From a virus (lineage: Duplodnaviria > Caudoviricetes), in the IMG/VR virus record IMGVR_UViG_3300020045_006302, positions 1 through 64,000 of that record: a DNA stretch of 64,000 bases; one strand, given 5' to 3'. Each line of letters starts with the position of its first letter. Within the stretch, counting starts at the first letter, position 1. The position numbers were made by a program, and so were the translations under genes. Below, piece after piece: positions 1 to 11,300 of this stretch. The notes under the pieces were generated by a model that saw only the letters and a list, made by a program, of their open reading frames with translations, was not told the DNA's origin and did not search any database.

Positions 1-3000
1 GTAAACTACCTTTATTATCCCAAAATTTAAATGGTAATAAAACTTCTGAATATTTTATAGTTCCATCTTCATTTCTTGTTGTTTTTAATGTACCATCCCA
101 ATCCTTAGTAGTTATTAATTTTTGTGTATCTACGTTATCTATACTTACTATATTATTTCTACCTTGTCCTACTTCTGATACAAGTACAAAAGATTTACCT
201 CTTACTTTTAATTTTCTAATTCTATTATCAACTATTGAATTAGTTAATGAATTTAATTTAGAAGCATTAGCATTAAGATATAACGGAATTTCAAAGTCTG
301 TACCATTTTCATTTAGTGATAAACTTTCTAAATCATTAATATTATAACCTCTTGATACTCCTTCTTTTACAATTATATCTCTAAGTTTATTAATATTTAT
401 GGTTCCAGTTTCTTCATTGTAATCTAATTCTTTACGTAAATTTTCATTATGTAATTTATATAAATTACCCATATTCTCATTAAACTTTTTACCAATATCT
501 CTTCCCTTTAGAGAATCTCCAGTGAAAGGGTCTATAAATCCATCTACATTATGTAAATTAGTTAATATTAGTTTTACACGTTGTGAACCTATATTAATAT
601 CTTTTGATGTAGTACTATAAGGAACTTTTTGCTGTATTCCATGTCCTTCTCTTGGTACTTCTAATAAAGCTTCTTTCCAATTATCTGGTATAACTACTTC
701 TCCATTTTCATTAAATAAATTTATTACTGTAGAAGGCGCTCCTGATTTTACTGCCGATTTAAATGCAATTCTATCAATATTTTCAACTTCCATAAACCCT
801 CTTAAATCTTCTAATGGTGTACCATTTGTAAATTCTTTAGTAAGAGGAACGGCTGATGATTTTACATATAAAGGTGTATCTAATCCTTCTCTCATATAAT
901 TATTAAAATATAAAGGTTTAGTTGGACCTAATATTACTCCAAATTCTTCTAAATTTAAAGGTTTATCAGTATTATGCCTGTACATTATTTCATCTATAAT
1001 TTCTTGAGATAATCCTTCTTCTTTATTTTTAATTCTTAATGCCTCTTCTACTGTTACAAATTCTTGAGCATCTGCAACATTTATAGCATCATATCCTTTA
1101 TCTATTCCCCATTCTTTTAATTGTGCTAAATTTGTACTACCTTCAATTAAATCATTTATAACTAATAATTTAAAGTTTTCTCCTTTTTCAGATATAATTG
1201 TATTTTTAGTACCACTATGTCCTGCAAGACGTTTAAATTGATTATCGTTAGTCATTCTTGCTTGAGTAATTGCATTACTATTTACCTTATTAGCAAAGAA
1301 TGCAGGGTCACCTACAAACAATTGTTGAAAGTTCATATTAGCTACTAAATAATTAATAGTGTAATTAGTAAGAAGATTATTTATATTATCTCCATACTTT
1401 TCTACATATTGTTTATCTATTTTACTATATTTAATTTGTCCTGTAAATTCATCTACTTTTACAAAGCCTGTATCTAACCATTTATTATATTTTTTATCCT
1501 TTTCAGAATTAATATATAATCTTAAAGCTTCTTTAAGTAGATTTCTACTATCCTGACTTTCTCCTACTTCTGTTTTTAAAGATATTCGATTTCCATCATT
1601 ATCTTTTATCCAAAATCTATCTATATTATTTAATGCAGGAAACAGTAAGAAATTCATTGCACCATTCTTATACTCCTGTACTTTAATTTTATCAGGATTA
1701 TTTTGAAATTGTTTAATTCTATTTATTTCCGGCATTATTAGTATATCTACTAATTCTTCTAATTCAAAACTTGATAATCTACCGTCTATTAAATTATAAT
1801 TTTTACCTACTGTCGTAAATTGAATAAGTCCTGTTTTATCTGACATTGTAGGATATAAAAATCTATGTACTGGAAGTTTAGAAGCTTCTACGCCTCTATT
1901 AGTAAACATTCCTACTTTAAACTCTTCCATTTCTTTAGGAGTAAATCTTTCTATAGCTACTTTTTTATTATCATTAGAATAATAACTATCAGTATTATAA
2001 TCCAATGTATTGTATAATACACTATCTTTATTAATTACTCTATTTCCATTTTCATCTTCTTTAGTTAGCATTTCTAACCATTTAGAACCTCTTATAAATG
2101 GATCTTGTAATAATCCTTTTATTAAATCATTATCAGTCTTTAATTTACCAAATCTATCAATTACATATCTATTTGTAATATAAGCATAGTTATTGTTACC
2201 GTTACCATCTTTAAATGAATTTGCACTTAAATCTGTACGATAATCTGCAATAAATTTAGATAAATCTTTAAAGGCACTATCTGCATATAAATTCATTTTA
2301 TCTAAATCTAAATCTTTAGCTTCTCCTATTGCCAATTTTACTTTAGAAAATACATCATATCTTTCTTTAATATTTTTAAATACCCCTCCTGATTGTATAA
2401 AACTTTCTTTTAATGTTAATACATTATTTTTTCTTCTTACTCCATCTACTACCCAAGAATTAAATAATGATTGTGGAATTTCTATTCCTACGGATTTCAT
2501 CATTAAATCTAAATTTTCATATGTAAGAGGTAATTTTCCATTTAGTATTCTTGAATACATTTGATTAAAGTATTCAATTGCTTTTGGATTTATTACTACA
2601 ATATCATTTACTTTTACTAATATTCCTTTATGTAAATTATTTTGCCACTCGGAAATTACTAAATCAGGTACCTTTGAGGACGCATTTACAATAGGCACAA
2701 GCGACGAACTTTTACCGTCCTTATCGTAAGACGTTTTCAAAAAGATATGCTGCGTAGCCTGCCCGCTGAACGCTGTAACGAACATATTTTGCATTTCCTT
2801 ACTGGCATTTTCTAATTTATCGACTACATCATATAAATATGGTATTTGCTCTTGTTTAGTTCTTAAATATTCTATATAATTTTCTATAGTAGGATATATA
2901 TATCTTTCTCCATTAGTAGATAATAATCTTTTTAATGTTTTAAATACTTGGTCTTCTCCGGGATATACTGGATCTAAAAATTGATTTTTACGTTCTTTAT

Positions 3001-6000
3001 ATTCTGCTATTCCTTCTTTATTATAACTTACTCTGTAATCTATAATATCATTAAGGAATTTTTGTATTTCAGTTCGTAATTGAGTACGAGGGTCAATAGT
3101 ATATGCAGATGTATCTAAATATACATTCCTTTCTCCTAATACTTCATCTTGGTCAAAATCATTAGTATCATCTTCATTCTTTTCATCATTATTTTCATCT
3201 ATAGATTTTATAGTAGTAATATTATTAAATGTATTAAATCTTCTTTCTACAGATTGAATTAATAAATTTTTATTAGCTACTATACTATCAATCTGTATAG
3301 TCATATTTTCAGCCTGTGGATGATTACGTGCAATATACTTTTGTTTTACTGTTTCTAATGCTGCTAATTTAATTTCTACTGCTTTTACTATATCTACTGA
3401 TGGTGCTTCTTCTTTTACACTACTATCAATTAAATCTTGATATAATTCTGTAACAATAGCTTTAGTAAGATTTACTTGATTTTCTATAGATACTTTAGGA
3501 ATATATGTAGAGAATTTTAATAAATTATTTATAATTTTATTTTGTGGAGTATCTTCTTTATTTTCAATTACTTTTAATTCAGGTTCTAAAAATAACTTAT
3601 CAGGTAAATATACATATTCTGTATTAGAATTTTTATAATTAACTACATTTCCTGCTCCATCTACTCTATATGTATATACTTGTTTTTTCCTACTTTCTCC
3701 TTTTACTATTAAAGTATCATCTGATAACACTTCAATAGATTTTAAAATCAATTTATAATTATCTCCATCTTTATTTTCTACTTCAAATACTTTTCCAATT
3801 ATAGCAGGATTTATAGTATATCCTTCTGAATTTGTATTAGGAGATTGAAATTCCTCAGTTACATCATCTAATTCTGAATATTCTGTTTGTTGAGGTTCTG
3901 TAACATTTCCCTCTACAGAAACATCCATTGATTGAGTCAAAGGAGAAGCTATATCAAATTCAATACTACCTTGAATTGCATATATAGTTTTACCGTTATT
4001 TAATGTTATTCCTAAATGATTAGTTAATAAATTATCTTTTATAAAATCATTATAAGAAGTATATTCATTACTTATAGTATTATCATCATTTATAATGGGT
4101 AATGCAAATCTTTCAGAAGCTTTATTTATATCTAAGTTAATAAAAAGATTTTCAACATGATTTCTAAAAGAAGTTAATAACTCTTGTTTTTGTTCTTGTC
4201 CTAAGTTTTTATTTCTTTTTATTATTCCTACATTAATTCCTGCTCCTTCTCCAAATCTTATTTCTCCTTTTGTAAAATGTGTTATAAATACACCATCAGG
4301 TAAATTATTTAAATAATCTGTAAAATCTTGTTCAGTAGGTAAATTTTTATTTATACCATAAATAAATTTAGTAAGATATTCTTCTATACCTTTATTACTT
4401 AAAATATCTATTCCATATTCTTTTTTTATAGTTTCTACTGCTTCATTATTATTTCCATCTATAAAATATTCTACGGCTTTTAATATAGTACTTGTATATG
4501 CGTTTTCATCTGCATCTGTAAATCTTGTACGAGAAACAGGAATAGCTATTAAACTTCCATTATAAGTAGGTAATATTGCAACATTTGTTCCTTCATAAGG
4601 AAGTAATTCATTTGTTACAGGTATTACAGTATCTCTATTTATATATACTTTATTATTTTTAATAATTCCTACTTTAATATCAGGTATATTTTGAGATACA
4701 GGATTAAAATTACGAGTAGCATCTAAAATAGGTACACCTGGACCAACTCTTGTAACTTTAGTTTCAATTCCATTAGGAGAATCTAATACTAATCTACGAA
4801 ATTCTCTTAATGTATTTTGTTGTTTTTCTAAATTTTCTTTACTATTATTTACGTTTTGTATATTAACCCATGAAGTATCATGAAGATAAATACCATCAAG
4901 TAATTCTCCATCTACTATAATTCCTATAGGACTATCATCTACTGTAGAAATATCTGCAGATCTTACTGTTCCGTCTGCTAATTCTACTTCATCTAATGCT
5001 ACAAATTTAATAACACTTCCTTCTTTTATACTTCCATCTAATACTTTTTCAGATAAATTTTCATTAAGTAAATTATTAATATCTCCTTTAGTTACAGCTA
5101 TATAAGGATTATTATTTGCAGTTTTTCTTTCTACAAATACTTTACCATAATCTCTTGCTAAATATGCAATTTTATTATGTCCTTCTTCTCCTCTATAACC
5201 TAAACTATCAAATTCAAATGCACTATCTCTTGCATCTAAATTATTCATTTGTGCAAATTCATTTAATACTGTTAAACCAGCTTTAGATATTTTATCTATA
5301 TCAGATGTATATAATTCTGTATCTAAACTAAATACTTGAATATCTTTACTATCTTTTACTATTTTAACTTTCTTTGGTACATCATACATTAATTCTTCAT
5401 AAGAATCTGTAATATCTTGTTGAGTAGCTAAATTATACAAATGACGTAAAGGTATATAAACAGCTTGTACTTGTTCTTTATCTGTAGTATCTTCAAATGA
5501 TTTAATTACAGCTTTAAAATCTGATAATGATGTTCCTTCATTACGTAATAAACGTAATATATCAATCATTTTTTGTACACGAGGTTGAATATTAGTAAAT
5601 TCATCTTGTGTTTCTTCTTCAGCCGGACTATTTAATACATCATTAGATAAATCATCAATTAAGTCTTGTTGTTTTTGTGCTCTTATAGATATATTATCTG
5701 ATGCTACATTTAATTGAGAATTTAATTCTTGTTCTAATTTATTAACTGACTCTGTAAATTGTCCTATATTTTGTTTTATATTTATATCATTATTTACAGA
5801 AGAATTTATATACTCTTTTACTTTTTGTAATCCTTCTTTCTTTTGTTCTAAAGTTGCATTAGGATTTGAAATAAAAGCATTAAAATTAGTTATTAATCCT
5901 GATATAGCTTCATCTGAAGAAGGATTAAATAACTTAGATTGTATTTTACCTACTTCTTTAGTTTCTTGTGGAGTATTACTTTCAGGTAAATTTACATTAT

Positions 6001-8371
6001 CAGTTTTTGTGGAGGGTTCTGTAGAGGGAAGTGGTACAGGACTTGTTTCTTCTACAGTAGTTTCATTATTTACCTCATCAACTGTAACATTATCTCTTAC
6101 TAAAGTATCATTCATTGCTTTAGTAAATTGTTTACCTTTCTTTTTATCTTCTGTTACTGATTTATTTATTTGTTGTTTTTCTACTTTTTTACTTTCTCCT
6201 TTTTTATATTTATCTATAGCAGTACGTAAATTAGTTTGATATTCTTTAGTTGTAATATTTTTATAAGTATCTTCTAAATTTTTAATATTATTTTGATATA
6301 CTTTACTTGCTGTACTTAATGCTTTTAAATCTTTATAATATTGAGTTTTAGCAAATTCACTATTTAATACATTAATATCAGTTAATGTATCCATTGTTAT
6401 AGCAGGTAGAAATTCTTTTGAATTTACATAATATTCATTAGCTGATTCTAATACTCTATTAAATTCTCCTTGTATATATCCTAATATTTCTTTATTATCT
6501 TTTGCTTGTGTTCTATTAAAATATACCTCATTACTGTTTATATATCTTTGAGAATTATTATATTCTTTTTCTAATACTAATAAATCTTTTAAAGATTTAC
6601 TCATTTTAGTTTTATAAAAATCCTCTGTAGTTTCATCACCTGGTTTATATATACCTTTTGCTTCTGCTTCTTCTTGGGATAAATCTCTTAAACCTTTATA
6701 TACATTCTCTAAGTTATCTGTAGTACCAGTAGTAAATGCTTGTAAAGCTTGTGTATTTAATAAAGATGCTTCTAAAGTTTTTACTTTACTTACATTTCCT
6801 TCTTTTCTCGCTTTAGCAATTTCATTATATAATTTTAATGTTTCATCAGTATTATTCAATACTGTAATATTATCTGTTAAATTTTCTACTTTAGGTAAAT
6901 TATTTTGTTCTTCTAATATAGCTTGTTGTTGTACATATTGACGATTAAATTTATAATTATCTGATACAAATTTATTATTAGTACCTGCTTTTTCTAATGC
7001 AAATTGTTTAGCTTGTGAATCTTTTTGTTCATCAGTTAAATTTACATCTTTATTTAATTCAGAATATTTTTGAGTATATGCATTATTAAATTCAATATTT
7101 TTATGCATAGGTATTATTTTTCCTACTTTAGTTAAAGCTGTTTGTCCTGCTCCTCCTATTGCTCCTAATAATCCTGATTCAAATCCTTCTTCAGAAAATG
7201 CACGCATTAATCCATCTTTAAAAGTATAATTATCTGCATAGGCCCTATCTTCTCCTATGTCATTAATTGTTTCTTCTAAATATTCTTGTCCTGCTTCTAA
7301 TGCAGTTCCTTTAATACTATTTCCTATAGTCCTTGCTGCAAGTATATTCCTTGTTCCTCCTATTGGAGTATTTAATAGTGCATAGGCACTTGTTAAATTT
7401 AATAATATATTTGCTCTATTAAAATTAATAGCCTGTGATGCTCTATCTGCTGCATCTTTTCTTGCATTTATATCAGCTTGTTCAGGAGATAATCCTTTTG
7501 CCCTTTCTTCATCAAATTTACTTTTATATACATTATCAAATACATTTGCACCAATTCCTACACTTTCTGCTTGATTTAATAATAAAGAAGAGGCTAATGC
7601 ACTTCCTGCTCTTATACCTGCATTTGCTTCTAATGCTCCTTCTGCTACAGATAAACCTCTTAACCATTGTACAGCTTTTGCTCCTTTAGTAATTGCTCCT
7701 AATGATGCTCCACCTGTAGCCATACCTAATGCTACAAATGCACCTGCAGATGTTACTATTTGACTACCATTTTCAAACCAATAAGCTGCATCTCCAAAAT
7801 CCAATGGTTTATCAGGATTTTCTCTATATATAGGTAACATTTCATTTACATTTTGTTGTAATGATTGCATTCCTTTTGATAACCAGTTTCCTACTTCATT
7901 ATTAGTATTATAATAATCTTCTAAATCTAATACATTTCCAGTTTGTGCTACTATTTCAGGAATAATATTTAATACTGTTCTTCCTAAAGCATTACCGAAT
8001 TGTGACCAATTACTTTGTCTTTCTGCTCTTGTAGTATCTAATGCTTCTTTATTAGGAATAAATCCTATATTAGTTCCTAATATATCTTGATAATCTTCAA
8101 GGTCTATTTTTAAATCTCTTTCTGCACCTTGTTGATATTGTCCTCTTAATAATGAATTTGCTCCTTTAACTAAGAAACTATCATTTATTCCTGATTCTTT
8201 TTTAGGCTCTCCATTATCAGTATTATTAAGCTCAAAAAGTCCTAATGATTTAGGACTTTCTGTTGTTGCTTTTTTAGGTGGATCTATTGTTGGTAATTCT
8301 TGTACAGGAGTTTCTGCTTGTGTTAAAGTTTGGTCTTGTACTTCGCTATTTATTATATTATCTTCTTCCAT
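1..8371 (-). CDS. Giant virion-packaged RNA polymerase (crAss-like vRNAP polyprotein), 5' part; truncated by the window edge
   Basis: ATG at 8371 overlaps the TAA of the upstream gene. The ORF track lists no minus-strand fragments in 1-8370, consistent with one ORF lacking a stop in the window. Hand translation in the same frame gives FQQLFVGDPAFF, NQFKRLAG, VADAQEF, GPTKPLYF, IDRIAFKSAVKSG and HGIQQKVP, which I recognise from crAss-like/phi14:2 vRNAPs. The catalytic DxDxD motif is presumably beyond base 1. The frame was spot-checked, not translated end to end. Confidence 0.85.
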   Translation of the reverse strand, partial: MEEDNIINSEVQDQTLTQAETPVQELPTIDPPKKATTESPKSLGLFELNNTDNGEPKKESGINDSFLVKGANSLLRGQYQQGAERDLKIDLEDYQDILGTNIGFIPNKEALDTTRAERQSNWSQFGNALGRTVLNIIPEIVAQTGNVLDLEDYYNTNNEVGNWLSKGMQSLQQNVNEMLPIYRENPDKPLDFGDAAYWFENGSQIVTSAGAFVALGMATGGASLGAITKGAKAVQWLRGLSVAEGALEANAGIRAGSALASSLLLNQAESVGIGANVFDNVYKSKFDEERAKGLSPEQADINARKDAADRASQAINFNRANILLNLTSAYALLNTPIGGTRNILAARTIGNSIKGTALEAGQEYLEETINDIGEDRAYADNYTFKDGLMRAFSEEGFESGLLGAIGGAGQTALTKVGKIIPMHKNIEFNNAYTQKYSELNKDVNLTDEQKDSQAKQFALEKAGTNNKFVSDNYKFNRQYVQQQAILEEQNNLPKVENLTDNITVLNNTDETLKLYNEIAKARKEGNVSKVKTLEASLLNTQALQAFTTGTTDNLENVYKGLRDLSQEEAEAKGIYKPGDETTEDFYKTKMSKSLKDLLVLEKEYNNSQRYINSNEVYFNRTQAKDNKEILGYIQGEFNRVLESANEYYVNSKEFLPAITMDTLTDINVLNSEFAKTQYYKDLKALSTASKVYQNNIKNLEDTYKNITTKEYQTNLRTAIDKYKKGESKKVEKQQINKSVTEDKKKGKQFTKAMNDTLVRDNVTVDEVNNETTVEETSPVPLPSTEPSTKTDNVNLPESNTPQETKEVGKIQSKLFNPSSDEAISGLITNFNAFISNPNATLEQKKEGLQKVKEYINSSVNNDINIKQNIGQFTESVNKLEQELNSQLNVASDNISIRAQKQQDLIDDLSNDVLNSPAEEETQDEFTNIQPRVQKMIDILRLLRNEGTSLSDFKAVIKSFEDTTDKEQVQAVYIPLRHLYNLATQQDITDSYEELMYDVPKKVKIVKDSKDIQVFSLDTELYTSDIDKISKAGLTVLNEFAQMNNLDARDSAFEFDSLGYRGEEGHNKIAYLARDYGKVFVERKTANNNPYIAVTKGDINNLLNENLSEKVLDGSIKEGSVIKFVALDEVELADGTVRSADISTVDDSPIGIIVDGELLDGIYLHDTSWVNIQNVNNSKENLEKQQNTLREFRRLVLDSPNGIETKVTRVGPGVPILDATRNFNPVSQNIPDIKVGIIKNNKVYINRDTVIPVTNELLPYEGTNVAILPTYNGSLIAIPVSRTRFTDADENAYTSTILKAVEYFIDGNNNEAVETIKKEYGIDILSNKGIEEYLTKFIYGINKNLPTEQDFTDYLNNLPDGVFITHFTKGEIRFGEGAGINVGIIKRNKNLGQEQKQELLTSFRNHVENLFINLDINKASERFALPIINDDNTISNEYTSYNDFIKDNLLTNHLGITLNNGKTIYAIQGSIEFDIASPLTQSMDVSVEGNVTEPQQTEYSELDDVTEEFQSPNTNSEGYTINPAIIGKVFEVENKDGDNYKLILKSIEVLSDDTLIVKGESRKKQVYTYRVDGAGNVVNYKNSNTEYVYLPDKLFLEPELKVIENKEDTPQNKIINNLLKFSTYIPKVSIENQVNLTKAIVTELYQDLIDSSVKEEAPSVDIVKAVEIKLAALETVKQKYIARNHPQAENMTIQIDSIVANKNLLIQSVERRFNTFNNITTIKSIDENNDEKNEDDTNDFDQDEVLGERNVYLDTSAYTIDPRTQLRTEIQKFLNDIIDYRVSYNKEGIAEYKERKNQFLDPVYPGEDQVFKTLKRLLSTNGERYIYPTIENYIEYLRTKQEQIPYLYDVVDKLENASKEMQNMFVTAFSGQATQHIFLKTSYDKDGKSSSLVPIVNASSKVPDLVISEWQNNLHKGILVKVNDIVVINPKAIEYFNQMYSRILNGKLPLTYENLDLMMKSVGIEIPQSLFNSWVVDGVRRKNNVLTLKESFIQSGGVFKNIKERYDVFSKVKLAIGEAKDLDLDKMNLYADSAFKDLSKFIADYRTDLSANSFKDGNGNNNYAYITNRYVIDRFGKLKTDNDLIKGLLQDPFIRGSKWLEMLTKEDENGNRVINKDSVLYNTLDYNTDSYYSNDNKKVAIERFTPKEMEEFKVGMFTNRGVEASKLPVHRFLYPTMSDKTGLIQFTTVGKNYNLIDGRLSSFELEELVDILIMPEINRIKQFQNNPDKIKVQEYKNGAMNFLLFPALNNIDRFWIKDNDGNRISLKTEVGESQDSRNLLKEALRLYINSEKDKKYNKWLDTGFVKVDEFTGQIKYSKIDKQYVEKYGDNINNLLTNYTINYLVANMNFQQLFVGDPAFFANKVNSNAITQARMTNDNQFKRLAGHSGTKNTIISEKGENFKLLVINDLIEGSTNLAQLKEWGIDKGYDAINVADAQEFVTVEEALRIKNKEEGLSQEIIDEIMYRHNTDKPLNLEEFGVILGPTKPLYFNNYMREGLDTPLYVKSSAVPLTKEFTNGTPLEDLRGFMEVENIDRIAFKSAVKSGAPSTVINLFNENGEVVIPDNWKEALLEVPREGHGIQQKVPYSTTSKDINIGSQRVKLILTNLHNVDGFIDPFTGDSLKGRDIGKKFNENMGNLYKLHNENLRKELDYNEETGTININKLRDIIVKEGVSRGYNINDLESLSLNENGTDFEIPLYLNANASKLNSLTNSIVDNRIRKLKVRGKSFVLVSEVGQGRNNIVSIDNVDTQKLITTKDWDGTLKTTRNEDGTIKYSEVLLPFKFWDNKGSL

Positions 8372-11300
8372 TATAAATAAGGGGTGTTAAATTCTACGTG
8401 TAAATGATTTCCTTCTTGAAGCATTCTTGCAATATTATATTGTTTTAATAATTCAGGATTATTCATTAATTTATTTTTAAATTCTAATCCTTCTGCATTA
8501 TCTTCTATATCTAAAGCATATCCATATTTATGTGGGCTATCTTTATTAGAGTTCTTTAAGTGGTCATGTGTATTTTCTCCTCTGAAACCTCCTGTTACAA
8601 GTAGTTTATTATCTTTTACTAAAGGTATAGCATAAGTTACTACATTTTTATTAATATAAGGTAGTTGTATATTAGGTGCAATATGACCGGCTAAACTACT
8701 GCTAAAATCAACAAGGTCATTTTTAGGCACTCTCGCTTCAATATAGGACGTCTGACCGTTCATTGATTTTAAAGGGATATTGGCATTACCTTGATTATAA
8801 AACGCAGGCAGGGAGCGTGTATATGCGTTATACGAGGTGGATTTAATATCATTTTCAGATACTTTTTTATATCCATTTATATTTCCTCTTTGTTGTAAAT
8901 AAGGAGTATAAGGATTAGTTTCTACTTTTGTTTCTACTTTACTTGCATCTTGTTCTAATGCTGAACCTCCTATCCATTGTTTAATATCTCCTGGATTTTC
9001 AAAATCTACTGGAACATTAGAAGTATTTGAAGCATTTTCAAACTTATATTGTCCTCCTTTATCTTGTACTAAAACCATTCTATTACTTCCTTCTCCTGTA
9101 TATACTCTAAAATCTGTATTATTTAATGCAGAGCCTAAAGCTGTTTTTGCTGTTGCTTCTATAGTCAATGGTATTTTATTACCTCCATGATTAATCTCTA
9201 CTCCAGTACTTCTTCCGGGTAATAGTGTATATAAATTTGCATCATCTATAGTTTTACCTAATCCTGTTGCGTTTGCATACATTTCTCCTGATGCTTTAAT
9301 TACATTTTGATAAGTACCATCTTTAGTACCTCCTGCAACAATATCTCTAAAACTATCTCGTATTGTGGATTGTATTAATTCTTGTCTTGTACCTTTATTC
9401 TTTCCTTCATAAGATGCATTTACTTTAATGCTATTTGTATTTTGGTACATTTCCTTAGCATCATCATTTAGATTTTCTAATCCTGTTTTAGTTAATGCTA
9501 AATTAATACCTCTTAATATTCCTCCTTTATCATCATTTTGTAGTAGTACTTGAATATCTGTTTTATCCCAATCTACATCTGCTCTTAAATCTTCTATTCC
9601 ATAATCAGCGAGTACAGAACTTAAAGGTCTTTCTCCAACCATATAAGTTTCAGGATTAGATTTTAAAGTATGTTTTTCATCTGTTAATAAGTTATTATAT
9701 TTTTTAAGAGATTGTTTTTGTGTTTCTCCTTCTATATGTAAATATGATAAATCTCTTGTGGTAGGAATATTAAATTCTCCTGCTAATGATTTTAACTTAG
9801 ATGGTATTTCTATATCTCTTTCAGAATATACAACTCCATCTATTATAGTTCCTCCGGAAGCAGGGTCATATTGTCCTTTATTACTTCCTGCATATTTACT
9901 TGCTATAAAATCCTTATATTCAGTTTCAGTAGGTACTCTTACATAACCTATTCCTCCAAAATCTCCTCTTCCTTTATTTAATTCATCTGATTTTGCTCTT
10001 GCATTTAATTGCTGTACAATTGTTGCCCTTTCTGAATTATTATTAGCAAATTCCTTAGTAATATTAATTCCTTTTTTACTTGCTAAATCGTATACAGCAT
10101 CAGTAACATTTCTTTTAGTTACATCAACTTGTTCTATTTTTTTATTTATAACAGCTAATTGCTCTCGTTTTCTATTTAACTCTTCTGTTGTATATCCAGG
10201 AGTCTTTTTATTTACTTCTATTTCGTAAGTTGCAATATCATTTCTTAATGTAGGTAAGGATGTTTTTATAGTTGCTACATCATTTTCTAATTGAATATAA
10301 TCACTTGGATTTACTGCTTGCATTGTATTCCAATCTTGTATAGATGTAATAGAATTATCTAAAGGAGCATCTTTTTCTGTTTCTGCTTTCCATCCTACAG
10401 CTTTCATTAATAAATCGTCTGTTAATACTGTAGGTTGTACATTTTTAAAAGCTAATTTACTTACTGCAGGTTGAATTGCATTTTTAGTCAATTCATTTAC
10501 ATTTGCATTTTTTAATGCTTGTTGTGCAGAAATTCCTTTATTATCTAAAAAGTTTTTTAAATCTGCTTCACTTGCATTTTCATTTCCTAATACATTCTTT
10601 TTTTCATTAGGAGTTAATTTACTATATAAATCTGTTAATGGATTTTGAGAACGTGATGTAATAAAATCAGACCTATCTCCAAAATAACCTTGTATATCAG
10701 GACGAGAATTAAAATAAGAAGTCAATCCTTCTATAATTCTATCTTGAGTTACTATATCTCCTTTATTATATTGTAATAATCCAGGAATAGGTTGTTTTAT
10801 AGTTACAGTTCCATCTTCATTTTGGTCATAATATCCATCTGCTTTTATACCGTCAAATAGTTTAATTGCTTCTTCTGCTGCATCTACATAAGGATTTACT
10901 TTAGGTTGTCCTATTCTTCCTGAATTATAAAATCCTGTAACATCACTTTTTGTTACAGGACTTACTTGAACTTTAGCTTTATAGTAATCTTTCATATCAG
11001 GAGTAATACCTTCATTTTTATCTATTTCTGCATAAGCAGATTGTAGATTAGCATAATTTTCTGCAAGCTGTTTACCTCCTTTTTTATTAGTAAAATCATT
11101 TGCAAATTTATAAGTATTTAATACATTATCTGCCATATTATCCGGAGTTAAAGAAGCACTAAATGCCTTAGTTTCATCTACTAAGGCATTATATACTTGT
11201 TCATCTTGCGGTAAATATTTTAAATTTGTCATCATATTTTCTAATGCAGTTTCATTTTGAACTGATTGTAAATATTGCTGTTCTCTTGCATTTAAAACTT

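Noticed and set aside
6009-9946. Plus-strand ORFs 6009-6239, 7435-7689 and 9758-9946
   Set aside because: Antisense shadows of the vRNAP and cargo genes, with low-complexity reverse-complement translations.
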